Part shown: positions 55,821-64,000 of the stretch, in pieces
Numbering within the stretch: position 1 is the first letter of the stretch
How the letters are laid out: each line of letters starts with the position of its first letter
Origin: Alphaproteobacteria bacterium
GTDB taxonomy: Bacteria > Pseudomonadota > Alphaproteobacteria > RF32 > CAG-239
Length of the DNA stretch: 64,000 bases
Direction of reading: 5' to 3'
NCBI GenBank assembly: GCA_017935485.1
Contig: JAGBHO010000021.1
Coordinates: forward strand, 2,479 to 66,478
The notes under the pieces: model-generated
What the model was told of the DNA's origin: nothing
What the model saw: the letters and a program-made list of their open reading frames with translations, nothing else
The model's database searches: none
Translations under genes and position numbers: made by a program

Positions 55821-58800
55821 ATGGCTGATGAATCTAATGTATTGACCCAGGAACAGAGGGATTTTTATGAGAATGAAACCGGCAAGCCTTTGCCGGAAGG
55901 AGCAACCTGGGATTCTCTGGATGGGGAACAAAAAGCCGTTCTCAGCGATGTTTATGCTCCCAAAAGCGCGGAAGCCGAGGAATATGCCGGCAAGTTCAAA
56001 GAGCCGGAGCAGGAAGCGGCCGTGATTGAGCAAAAAGAGCCGATGAAGCTTGAGGATGCGATTAATGCCGCGGATGGCAAAGAATTGTATAATCTGAATC
56101 CGAACGATTTAGCCGAGATGAACAATGTGCTGCGGACAGCGGCAGCAGAGGGCAATGAAGCTGCGGTGCTCGGTTACGGAAAAGTCCGGCTGGCCATGGA
56201 AGAAAAAATGCAGGCCTATGCCAACGGCGAAATTGAAACGCCGATAGAATGGGCCGGCGGGATGCAGGCCATGCTGCGGGCGGCGAAAGAACGCCTGCCG
56301 GAAAAAGAGCCTTATCAGGAAGAACCGATTACCGGCATGCATACGGTGACGGCGCAGAATATTTCTAATGACAAAGATAAGAATTTGGATGACCTCAGCC
56401 TGCATGACCTGGCGGCGTTGAAAGTCGAAATGGACAAGAATCCGGAAGGTTTTGACAAGCAGCGCGTTGACGAGGCCGTCGGCCATCGTTTGAATAAGCT
56501 TGCGTCAATGGGGAAAAATGATTTTATTGCGAAGGAAGATTTGGCGGCGGCGCAGGTTTTGCTTGACGCCATTCCGATGTCAAACCGTCGGGAAAGCGCC
56601 GGCAAAGCTTTTGAGGTTTTTACCAAAGTAGAGGGCAAACTGTATGACTCCCGCAAGGTTGTCAACGGAACTTTTGACGAGCCGCGGATTGCCGAGCTGG
56701 CCGAAGCCTGTGAGGGAAAGCTGAAAGAGTTTACCGAGGCTTATGACAAAGAGCACGGCTTGTCGATGATGACTTCGGAAGATGCCGAGCGGGTTTCGGA
56801 GAATATTGCCGCCATGAGCGAAATGGGCAAAGACGCTCTTGACAAGGCGGAATATAAAGAAGAACCGATCAAGCCGATGTCGAAAGACGAGGCTGAGAAA
56901 GCAATGGCCGAGTTGCGGCAGGGCAAAGATTTTGACATGAAAACGCTGGCGTCTTTGTCGGCTTCCAATGCTTTTGGCACAATGGGGCCGGATGCTGAGG
57001 CGCTGGAAAAGGCGATTGCCGCTAAACTGACCAAGGTCGGCAAGGAAGTTCCGGCCGATGAGCTGGGCAGCATGGATTTTCTGCTGGAGAAGGCTTCGCA
57101 CCTGCCGGAGTCAATGTTTCCGGCCAAGAAGTATGAGAAAGCCAAGGGTATTTTAGACAAGAACCGGAAAGAGGCTCAGAAGAATCCGAAGCCGAAGCAT
57201 CCGGAAATGGCTGATGCCATGGCGCTGTTTGACAATCTGGAGATTACGGACGGCGTTAAGATGTTCAGCAAGGCCAAGAGCAAGGATAGTGACGAATTAA
57301 AGGCGCAGTTGCTGGAGAGTATCCGTCTGCAGACGATGGAAAGCATGGCCGGTACCAAACCGGGGCCGATTGATCCGGCAGAATTTAATAAGGAATTTGC
57401 CGCGAATATCGTGGCGGAGGTCGGCAGGCTGGCCGGTGTCGAGAGCGTGATTGCCGGCGGCAGCAAGGCGATTGAAGATTATGCCAAAGGTCACAAGATT
57501 CAGGTTGGAAAAGGGGCGCTGTTAGGGTATTTGGCGGCACAGAGCGACGCGCGCGAGGGTTTTGCCGCCCGTCTGGAGAGCAAGGTCGGAAAGGGTAATG
57601 CCGGTGTTGCAAAACTGCGGGAACAAGGTAAGAGTCTGGATGACAAGACAGCTAAAAATGCAGCACCCAAGCAGTATGCGATGCTTAAATCTCTGGCCAA
57701 GACTGCAGCGTGGTCGGGAGCGTATTATGCTGCCGGAGCAGTTTGCGGTCCGGCCGGTATAGCGGTTGTGGCAACGGCGTCTTTGGCGAATCAGGCCTTG
57801 AAGCTGCGCAAGGAATATAAGAAGAAAAAAGAAGAAATGGCCAAAAAGGGCAAGAAACTCAAGCTTTGGTCTTTCTTAAAAAACAATAAAATGGCTTTGG
57901 CCGGCGCGGCAATGACGGCTCTCGGTATTGGAGCGGCCGGTATTGAAGCAGCCGAGTTGGTTCCGGAAGTGGCCAGAGCGATGACAAATGCCAAAGCAAC
58001 GTCAGGAATTGCGCTGGGTATCGGTTCAACCATCAAAGCCTTCAGGGAAGTGCGAAAAAACGGCGGCAGTATGTGGAAAGCGATGGGCGCGGCCAGTGTG
58101 GCCGGTGCCGGTACGGCCTGGGCCGTGATTTCCGGAGCCACATCATCATTTGATTCTCCGGCGATTGAAGGGGAAGGAACCATTGCCGCTCATATTAATT
58201 GGGGAGAACATAGTTCTTATGGACCGGAACATCCGACAATGTCGGAGATTGAAACAGCAAATTCAGTGACTCCGGCGATGGTTGATGAAAATAACAATGG
58301 TATTTCAGATTATATTGAGCGGCCGGCCGAACAACAGACGCCGCCGATGTTGGATAAGGATAATGATGGCATTTCCGATTATATAGACCGTGACGGTGGC
58401 GAGGGCTGGGCGAATGAGCCGGAAAAACCGGCGGTTGAGCAGGAAGCTCCGGTACAGGAGACCCCGTTGCAGGAGCCGGTTGTTCAGCAGGAATCCGAGG
58501 AACGTCCGGATTGGGCTTCCCAGCCGCTGGAAGCCGGTGCGATTGCCGGTCTTGAAACCGAGCAGCCGGATATTGCCGGCGTTAATGAGCAAATGCAGGC
58601 TCAGGCAGAGGCAAACAAAATATACGGCGTGCAGGATCCGGTCAGCGGCAAGACGTTAGAGTTTTCTCTGGGTGACAATGGGGAAATCCAGACTCATAAT
58701 GCCGAGGAAATCGGGTTGGTGGGAAGTGAGCAGCTTCATGGCGCCGTTGCCGAAAGGATTAGTCAGGAAGCCGGTCATTTCAGCGACAGGGAACTGGCTT

Positions 58801-59225
58801 TTCTGGAGAAGAATCTGTCCGGCGAGCAATACAGCGACGTTATGTTGGCCGATGCGCAGATAAGAGCGGAGCAGGATACACAGTTGTTGGCACAGGAGGC
58901 TGAAAAGACTTTCGGAAATCCGCAAGATGTTCATACGGCCGAACAGTCTATGGCGGACAATCAATCGGCGGCAGCAGGGAAACCAGATGTCGAGAAGCTG
59001 AATGAGGAGCTGCAGTCGATGGTTCATGGCGATAAAGCAGCCGAACAGCAGCCGCAGGAACTTTCAAAGGCCGAAAAGCTGGAAGCGCTCAGACAGGGTA
59101 AAAGCGTGGAAGAAGCCACGGCGGCAAAATCTGCTTCCAAAGAGCCGATAATGGCACAGAACATTAACAGGGTGCAAACGCCCATTAACAGTGTAGACCC
59201 GCGCGGCGGCGGATACACAGCCTAA
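55821..59225 (+). CDS. Giant hypothetical membrane protein B (1134 aa), paralog of gene A
   Basis: SD GGAG. Alignable with A by eye (GALLGYLAAQSDAREGF vs DAVMGYLATTLDRTESI; FLKNNKMALAGAAMTALGIGAAG vs FLKDNKLNALTAVSGVLALGVAG). Hydrophobic core at about 57700-58140. Two DxDxDGISDYI repeats. Confidence 0.85.
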   Translation: MADESNVLTQEQRDFYENETGKPLPEGATWDSLDGEQKAVLSDVYAPKSAEAEEYAGKFKEPEQEAAVIEQKEPMKLEDAINAADGKELYNLNPNDLAEMNNVLRTAAAEGNEAAVLGYGKVRLAMEEKMQAYANGEIETPIEWAGGMQAMLRAAKERLPEKEPYQEEPITGMHTVTAQNISNDKDKNLDDLSLHDLAALKVEMDKNPEGFDKQRVDEAVGHRLNKLASMGKNDFIAKEDLAAAQVLLDAIPMSNRRESAGKAFEVFTKVEGKLYDSRKVVNGTFDEPRIAELAEACEGKLKEFTEAYDKEHGLSMMTSEDAERVSENIAAMSEMGKDALDKAEYKEEPIKPMSKDEAEKAMAELRQGKDFDMKTLASLSASNAFGTMGPDAEALEKAIAAKLTKVGKEVPADELGSMDFLLEKASHLPESMFPAKKYEKAKGILDKNRKEAQKNPKPKHPEMADAMALFDNLEITDGVKMFSKAKSKDSDELKAQLLESIRLQTMESMAGTKPGPIDPAEFNKEFAANIVAEVGRLAGVESVIAGGSKAIEDYAKGHKIQVGKGALLGYLAAQSDAREGFAARLESKVGKGNAGVAKLREQGKSLDDKTAKNAAPKQYAMLKSLAKTAAWSGAYYAAGAVCGPAGIAVVATASLANQALKLRKEYKKKKEEMAKKGKKLKLWSFLKNNKMALAGAAMTALGIGAAGIEAAELVPEVARAMTNAKATSGIALGIGSTIKAFREVRKNGGSMWKAMGAASVAGAGTAWAVISGATSSFDSPAIEGEGTIAAHINWGEHSSYGPEHPTMSEIETANSVTPAMVDENNNGISDYIERPAEQQTPPMLDKDNDGISDYIDRDGGEGWANEPEKPAVEQEAPVQETPLQEPVVQQESEERPDWASQPLEAGAIAGLETEQPDIAGVNEQMQAQAEANKIYGVQDPVSGKTLEFSLGDNGEIQTHNAEEIGLVGSEQLHGAVAERISQEAGHFSDRELAFLEKNLSGEQYSDVMLADAQIRAEQDTQLLAQEAEKTFGNPQDVHTAEQSMADNQSAAAGKPDVEKLNEELQSMVHGDKAAEQQPQELSKAEKLEALRQGKSVEEATAAKSASKEPIMAQNINRVQTPINSVDPRGGGYTA

Positions 59226-59236
59226 AAGGAAGACAT

Positions 59237-59269
59237 AAAAAAACCGGAGTTTTAATCTCCGGTTTTTTT
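59237..59269. terminator. Bidirectional terminator between gene B and deoA
   Basis: AAAAAAACCGGAG-loop-CTCCGGTTTTTTT. Confidence 0.9.
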
Positions 59270-59273
59270 CCGG

Positions 59274-60581
59274 TTAAGATATTTTTTCAATGACCGGATC
59301 GGTTATTGCCGGTGCATCTTCTCCGATTTGGATATTGTTCAGCAATTCTTTCCGCGCATGGTTGAACTGATCTTCGGTTTGGGCATGGATGAAGGCCAGC
59401 GGTTTTTGAGAATCGACATAATCGCCGATTTGGCAAAAAGCGCTGAAGCCGGTGGCGTAATCCAGTTTTTGATTCGGATGGGCGCGCCCGCCTTTTAATT
59501 CTATAACGCTTAGGCCGATGTTGCGGGTGTTCATGCCGCAGACATATCCTGATACCGGAGAAAATACCGGACGGATAATTGCAGCCTGCGGCAGATAGGA
59601 TTGGTATTTTTCTATAAAATCTGCCGGCCCGCCCAATGCAGTGACCATGCGGGCGAAGATTTCCAAAGCTTTTCCCGTGGAAAGGGCTTTTTCCAGTTTG
59701 GTACGGGCTTCTTCCGTGCTGCCGGCCAATCCGGCGTTCGCCAGAAGTTCGGCGCACAAATCCATGGTTATTTGGTGCAAGCGCGGGTTTATGTTTTTTC
59801 CCTGCAGGTATTCTACGGCTTCGGCCATTTCCAGTGCATTGCCGACGGTGTGACCGAGAACCTGATTCATATCCGTCAGCAGGGCAGAAGTTTTGGTGCC
59901 GGCATGGTTGGCGACGTCGACAATGGAATGTGCCAGATTTCTGCCGTCTTCAAGCGAGGGCATGAAAGCCCCGTTGCCGCATTTTAAATCCATGACCAGA
60001 TATTCCAGTCCGGCGGCAAGTTTTTTGGAGAGAATCGAGGCGGTAATCAGAGGAATGGATTCAACCGTGCCGCAGACGTCGCGAATGGCGTATATTTTTT
60101 TATCAGCCGGTGCCAGATTGCCGGTCTGTCCGATTATGGCGCAGCCGACTTCCCGGACGGTTTTTTTGAACAGTTCATTGGTCGGAACGGTTTGATATCC
60201 CGGAATGGAATCGAACTTGTCAAGTGTGCCGCCGGTGTGTCCGAGGCCGCGGCCGGAGATCATCGGGACATAGCCGCCGCAGGCTGCAATCAGCGGTGCA
60301 AGCATCAGGCTGACTTTGTCGCCGACGCCGCCGGAGGAATGTTTGTCAACAACCGGCCCGTTCAGGTTCCAGCTTAAGACATCGCCGGAATCGCGCATGT
60401 TTAGCGTTAATGACGTGATTTCTTCTTTGGACAGGCCGTTGAGAAAAATGGCCATGGTCAATGCCGCAGTCTGGCAGTCGGCAATTTCTTCGGAGGTTAC
60501 GCCTTTGATGAAAAAGCTGATTTCTTCTGCCGTTAAAGTTTGGCGGTTGCGTTTTTTGCGAATGATTTCTTGTGGCAGCAT
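59274..60581 (-). CDS. deoA: Thymidine (pyrimidine-nucleoside) phosphorylase
   Basis: ...DKHSSGGVGDK..., SGRGLGHTGGTLDK. ATG at 60581 after GGGGAT, 1 nt after the deoC stop. Confidence 0.93.
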   Translation of the reverse strand: MLPQEIIRKKRNRQTLTAEEISFFIKGVTSEEIADCQTAALTMAIFLNGLSKEEITSLTLNMRDSGDVLSWNLNGPVVDKHSSGGVGDKVSLMLAPLIAACGGYVPMISGRGLGHTGGTLDKFDSIPGYQTVPTNELFKKTVREVGCAIIGQTGNLAPADKKIYAIRDVCGTVESIPLITASILSKKLAAGLEYLVMDLKCGNGAFMPSLEDGRNLAHSIVDVANHAGTKTSALLTDMNQVLGHTVGNALEMAEAVEYLQGKNINPRLHQITMDLCAELLANAGLAGSTEEARTKLEKALSTGKALEIFARMVTALGGPADFIEKYQSYLPQAAIIRPVFSPVSGYVCGMNTRNIGLSVIELKGGRAHPNQKLDYATGFSAFCQIGDYVDSQKPLAFIHAQTEDQFNHARKELLNNIQIGEDAPAITDPVIEKIS

Positions 60582-60582
60582 T

Positions 60583-61320
60583 TTAATATCCCCGATTAAT
60601 GACTTCAATTAAATTATCCAGCAGCGAGCTGGCGCCAATGCGAAAATTTTTTGGGGTAACCCATTTGCCGCCCATGACGGCAACGGCCAGCACCAGATAT
60701 TTTTTTGCATCGTCAATGGTTTTGATGCCGCCGCTGGCTTTGAATCCGGCGTTTTTACGGCCGGAAGCAATGGTTTCCAAAATGATGTTGGCGGCTTCGG
60801 GCGTGGCGGAAACTTTGGTTTTGCCGGTAGAGGTTTTGATGAAGTCGGCACCGTTTTGAATGCACAATTTTGCGGCTTCGGCGATAGTGGCGGCATGTAT
60901 CAGTTCGCCGGTTTCAAGAATTACTTTGAGAAGTATTTTTTTTCCAAGGTGTTCCTTGATTTGTTTGATGAAAAGGCCGCATTCGTTTTTTTGACCTTCC
61001 AAAAACTGTTTGTACGGAAAAACAAGGTCAATCTCATCGGCACCTTTGACAACGGCGGTGGTTACGGCGCTTTTGGTCCTTTCCAAATCCAGGCTGCCGT
61101 CGGGAAAATTGATGACGGTTGCGACTTTGATGTCGGTATGGCGCAGGTGTTCTTTGGCAATGCCGACAAACTGCGGATAAACGCAGACGGCGGCGACATT
61201 GCCGTAAGGCGTCTGGGCTTTGCGGCAAAGGTCAATAATGCTTTCAGAGGTATCCGTGTTGTTGAGCGAGGTCAGATCCAGACATGAGATTAAGGTTTCG
61301 GCAGCGGTTACGTCATCCAT
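60583..61320 (-). CDS. deoC: Deoxyribose-phosphate aldolase
   Basis: ...CVYPQFV..., FIKTSTGK (Schiff-base Lys), KASGGI. SD AGGAG. Confidence 0.93.
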   Translation of the reverse strand: MDDVTAAETLISCLDLTSLNNTDTSESIIDLCRKAQTPYGNVAAVCVYPQFVGIAKEHLRHTDIKVATVINFPDGSLDLERTKSAVTTAVVKGADEIDLVFPYKQFLEGQKNECGLFIKQIKEHLGKKILLKVILETGELIHAATIAEAAKLCIQNGADFIKTSTGKTKVSATPEAANIILETIASGRKNAGFKASGGIKTIDDAKKYLVLAVAVMGGKWVTPKNFRIGASSLLDNLIEVINRGY

Positions 61321-61321
61321 G

Positions 61322-62131
61322 TTATTTCTCCTGTTTTAAAAAGGCTTTGACCAGTTTTTGCAGGTCAGCGGAAGCCTTTTCTCCCTGTGCCAGCGTTTCG
61401 GCATGGCTCTGGCTGCCGGTTCGCAATCCGGTGCCCATATTGGTCAGGACAGACAGTCCCAGAACTTCCATGCCGGAATGGGCGGCGCAGATGACTTCCG
61501 GCACGGTAGACATTCCGATTGCGTCGGCACCGAGGATGCGGAAGGCGTGGATTTCGGCAGCAGTTTCAAAATTGGGACCGGTCACCATCATATATATGCC
61601 TTCGTCCAGCGGGATTTTTTGTTCTTGGGCGATTTGCTTCATTTTAGCACGCAGTGCGGCGGTATAGGCGTTGCTCATGTCGGGAAAACGCGGGCCGTAA
61701 CTGTCATCGTTCGGGCCGATCAGCGGATTGGTTCCGCTCAGGTTGATATGATCTTTTATCAGCATAATGGTTCCGGGTTGGAAATCAGGGTTCAGCGAGC
61801 CGGCGGCATTGGTCACGATCAGGCGATTGATGCCGAGTTCCTGCAATGTTTTGACAACGGTATTGATAACCTGCGGCCGGTGTCCCTCATATAAGTGAAA
61901 ACGTCCCTGCAGGCACAAAACTTCCGTGCCTTCCAAGCTGCCGGCAATCAGACGTCCCTGATGGCCGCTGACGGTACTTTGCGGAAAGCCGGCAATGTCT
62001 TTGTATTCCACGCAAACCGGATTGCAGACGGCATCACCGAGGCTGCCCAGCCCGCTGCCGAGAATAATGGCGGTTTGCGGGGTGTGACCGGAAATTTTTT
62101 GGCGGATTTGTCCCGCAATGTCTTTTATCAT
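61322..62131 (-). CDS. Purine nucleoside phosphorylase (trimeric PNP/PunA type)
   Basis: AIILGSGLG, GRFHLYEG, VTNAAG, GPNFET and MSTVPEV motifs. Confidence 0.93.
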   Translation of the reverse strand: MIKDIAGQIRQKISGHTPQTAIILGSGLGSLGDAVCNPVCVEYKDIAGFPQSTVSGHQGRLIAGSLEGTEVLCLQGRFHLYEGHRPQVINTVVKTLQELGINRLIVTNAAGSLNPDFQPGTIMLIKDHINLSGTNPLIGPNDDSYGPRFPDMSNAYTAALRAKMKQIAQEQKIPLDEGIYMMVTGPNFETAAEIHAFRILGADAIGMSTVPEVICAAHSGMEVLGLSVLTNMGTGLRTGSQSHAETLAQGEKASADLQKLVKAFLKQEK

Positions 62132-62529
62132 TTTTTTACCTCCAGATTATTGAATGCCAGTGGCAGAAAATCATTAAAATTCAGGCTGCTGATAATGCCG
62201 TTCAGGTCAGCCAGGTGAACAATAGTTTGCGTTCCGGCAAATTCTTTTATGCGCTGCAGGCAGGCGCCGCAGGGAGTTATCGGTTCGGCAGTGTCGGCGA
62301 TAATCAGGATTTCGGCAATCTCGCGGCAGCCGTCGCCGATCATTTGGGCAATAGCGGCCTGTTCGGCACAGGTTCCGCAGGGGTAAGAGATGTTTTCGAC
62401 ATTGGTTCCGATATAAATTTTGCCGTTGCTGCCAAGGACAGCGGCGCCAACGGCAAAGTTTGAATAGGGCGCATAGGCGAGCCGGCGGACATCGCGCGCT
62501 GCGGCAAAGAGTTCTTTTGTTTGTGTCAT
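62128..62529 (-). CDS. cdd: Cytidine deaminase
   Basis: AYAPYSNFAVGAA, zinc motifs CAEQAAI and PCGACLQ. ATG at 62529 after AAGGCCGAG (the ORF extends to an ATG at 62565). Confidence 0.92.
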   Translation of the reverse strand: MTQTKELFAAARDVRRLAYAPYSNFAVGAAVLGSNGKIYIGTNVENISYPCGTCAEQAAIAQMIGDGCREIAEILIIADTAEPITPCGACLQRIKEFAGTQTIVHLADLNGIISSLNFNDFLPLAFNNLEVKK

Positions 62530-62632
62530 CTTACTCGGCCTTAAAAGTTTTATTAATACTTGCATGTTAAAATAAGATAATTAAAATTGTCTTATCAGAA
62601 AGATTTTTGTGCTTTAAAAGGAGAAAACAGAC

Positions 62633-64000
62633 GTGAGAAAATGGTGGCTGATCGGCACAGGCGTTTTGCTGTTGGTGATTGCCGGAGGTTTTTTTTACAT
62701 TACCTCAATTGACTGGAACGAGCACAAAAACCGCATTGCGGCCGAAATATCTCAAAAAACCGGAAAAAACGTGGTGATTAACGGCCCGTTGTCGCTGTCC
62801 ATATTTCCGTCTCCGAAGCTGCTGGTTGAGGATGTTAAGGTTTTCAGCCAGGATAAAAAGATTACGGAGCCTTTGGCGAGCGCGGCCAAAATGTCGGCGC
62901 GCCTTGATCTGGTTCCGTTTATTAAAGGCGAGTTTAAGGTAACGCGGATGTCGGTGACGAATCCGGTTCTGCGGATTGAGGTTTTTGAAGACGGTACAAA
63001 AAACTGGAAATCTGACCTTACGCCGCAGCAAAAACAGGATTTGCAGGATACGCCGGTAACGCTGGAAAGCGTGACGCTGGAAAACGCCGAGATTGATTAT
63101 ATTGACAAGCTCAGGGATATTGACTGGAAATTTACCGACCTGAATGCCGAGGTGATTGCTCAGACATTGTTCGGGCCGTATAAGATTGACGGCAGCTTTG
63201 TCAAGAACAATATGCCGGAGGGTTTTTCTCTTGAGATGGGGCGTTTGTCGGACGATTTTAACACAACGCTGAATTTTGTATTTAATAATCCGCAGTTGGG
63301 GACGATTTATCGTTTTGACGGGTCGGTTTTGTTCAAAAACGAAAGTTTGAAAGGCAGCTTGATTTTTGATACGCAAAAGTTGGCGGAGTATCTTAATGCC
63401 AACTGCAAGGGCTTTAAACTGGACAAGAAATATGATTTGCCGCTGTCGGTTTCGACGGCGGTTACGCTGGATAAAACCAGACTGGAGTTCAGTGATCTGG
63501 TTATGAAATACGGTCAGACGGCGGCAGCCGGAAATATTATTATTCCGCGGCCGCAGGAGGTGACTGACTGGACGCAGAAAGACAAAGAAGAACGACAAAA
63601 GGTGGAAATGGCCTTCAATATGACGGATGTTGATTTGGATTTGGCCGAAGCTTTTGCACGGGATTATGGCGGCAAGTATTTTAGGGGGGAAAAGTTTGAG
63701 CCGGATTTTGTTTGGGATGTGATTGCCGATATTAAAGCCGTTAAAGGAAAGTACCGGCAGCAGAATATCAGAAATCTGGATCTGAGTTTTGACGTTGTTC
63801 CCGAAAAAGTTCATATTAACCGTTTTAACATGATTTTGCCGGGGGAAACCTCTTTGCAGACAAAAGGAGAGATTTTTCCGGATAAGGAAAAGATTTTGAC
63901 CTATCGTTTTGATGTCAATGCGGCGACGGAAAATTTGGATATGACATTAAACTGGCTTGGATTTAAACCGGAGGTCAGGGCCGCGTCAACTTATAAGAAA
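62633..64000 (+). CDS. AsmA-family outer-membrane biogenesis protein, N-terminal part (runs off-window)
   Basis: I translated this by hand from the GTG at 62633, which follows AAGGAGAAA: VRKWWLIGTGVLLLVIAGGFFYITSIDWNEHKNRIAAEISQKTGKNVVINGPLSLSIFPSPKL... This is the typical AsmA N-terminus. The frame stays open to position 64000. It is not in the ORF track because there is no stop. Confidence 0.8.
   Translation, partial: MRKWWLIGTGVLLLVIAGGFFYITSIDWNEHKNRIAAEISQKTGKNVVINGPLSLSIFPSPKLLVEDVKVFSQDKKITEPLASAAKMSARLDLVPFIKGEFKVTRMSVTNPVLRIEVFEDGTKNWKSDLTPQQKQDLQDTPVTLESVTLENAEIDYIDKLRDIDWKFTDLNAEVIAQTLFGPYKIDGSFVKNNMPEGFSLEMGRLSDDFNTTLNFVFNNPQLGTIYRFDGSVLFKNESLKGSLIFDTQKLAEYLNANCKGFKLDKKYDLPLSVSTAVTLDKTRLEFSDLVMKYGQTAAAGNIIIPRPQEVTDWTQKDKEERQKVEMAFNMTDVDLDLAEAFARDYGGKYFRGEKFEPDFVWDVIADIKAVKGKYRQQNIRNLDLSFDVVPEKVHINRFNMILPGETSLQTKGEIFPDKEKILTYRFDVNAATENLDMTLNWLGFKPEVRAASTYKK

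Overview
The window looks like chromosomal DNA from an alphaproteobacterium of moderate to low GC. The supporting signs are: the miaB-phoH-ybeY-lnt-HTH-metK-trmB block, the kdsD-lptCAB-rpoN-hpf-ptsN block, a DUF1150 gene, a GTTC-N7-GTTC SOS box, and dense GANTC sites. It starts in the 3' end of rpoC. About 23 kb of mostly minus-strand housekeeping genes follow. Then comes the ribosomal super-operon on the plus strand: rpsL-rpsG-fusA-tuf, S10, spc, secY-adk and rpsM-rpsK-rpoA-rplQ (23.5-45.4 kb). After that is a more accessory-looking stretch: a structured non-coding segment, csp, a G-rich 0.5 kb block, a K+ channel with a cation/H+ antiporter, peroxiredoxin, umuDC and ldcA. Two giant paralogous membrane proteins come next, then a cdd-pnp-deoC-deoA nucleoside operon and the 5' part of an AsmA-family gene. 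I found no rRNA, tRNA, CRISPR array, transposase or integrase. The most unusual items are as follows. (1) A four-member family of long covarying hairpins with a conserved TGTAC-N6-GTACA apex, each placed directly after a stop codon inside the ribosomal operons. (2) A tandem pair of about 950 and 1130 aa paralogs with a central glycine-rich hydrophobic core and no domain I can name. (3) A roughly 300 nt hairpin-dense non-coding segment after rplQ. (4) A G-skewed 0.5 kb block with a Gly/Ala/Val-rich small ORF. (5) An approximately 83 percent purine tract of 267 nt after rpoC. (6) GANTC/GACTCAAA clusters at the rpsL and rpsJ promoters. (7) Gene insertions that split tuf from rpsJ and rplO from secY. 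All calls rest on reading the sequence and the supplied ORF translations; no searches were run.
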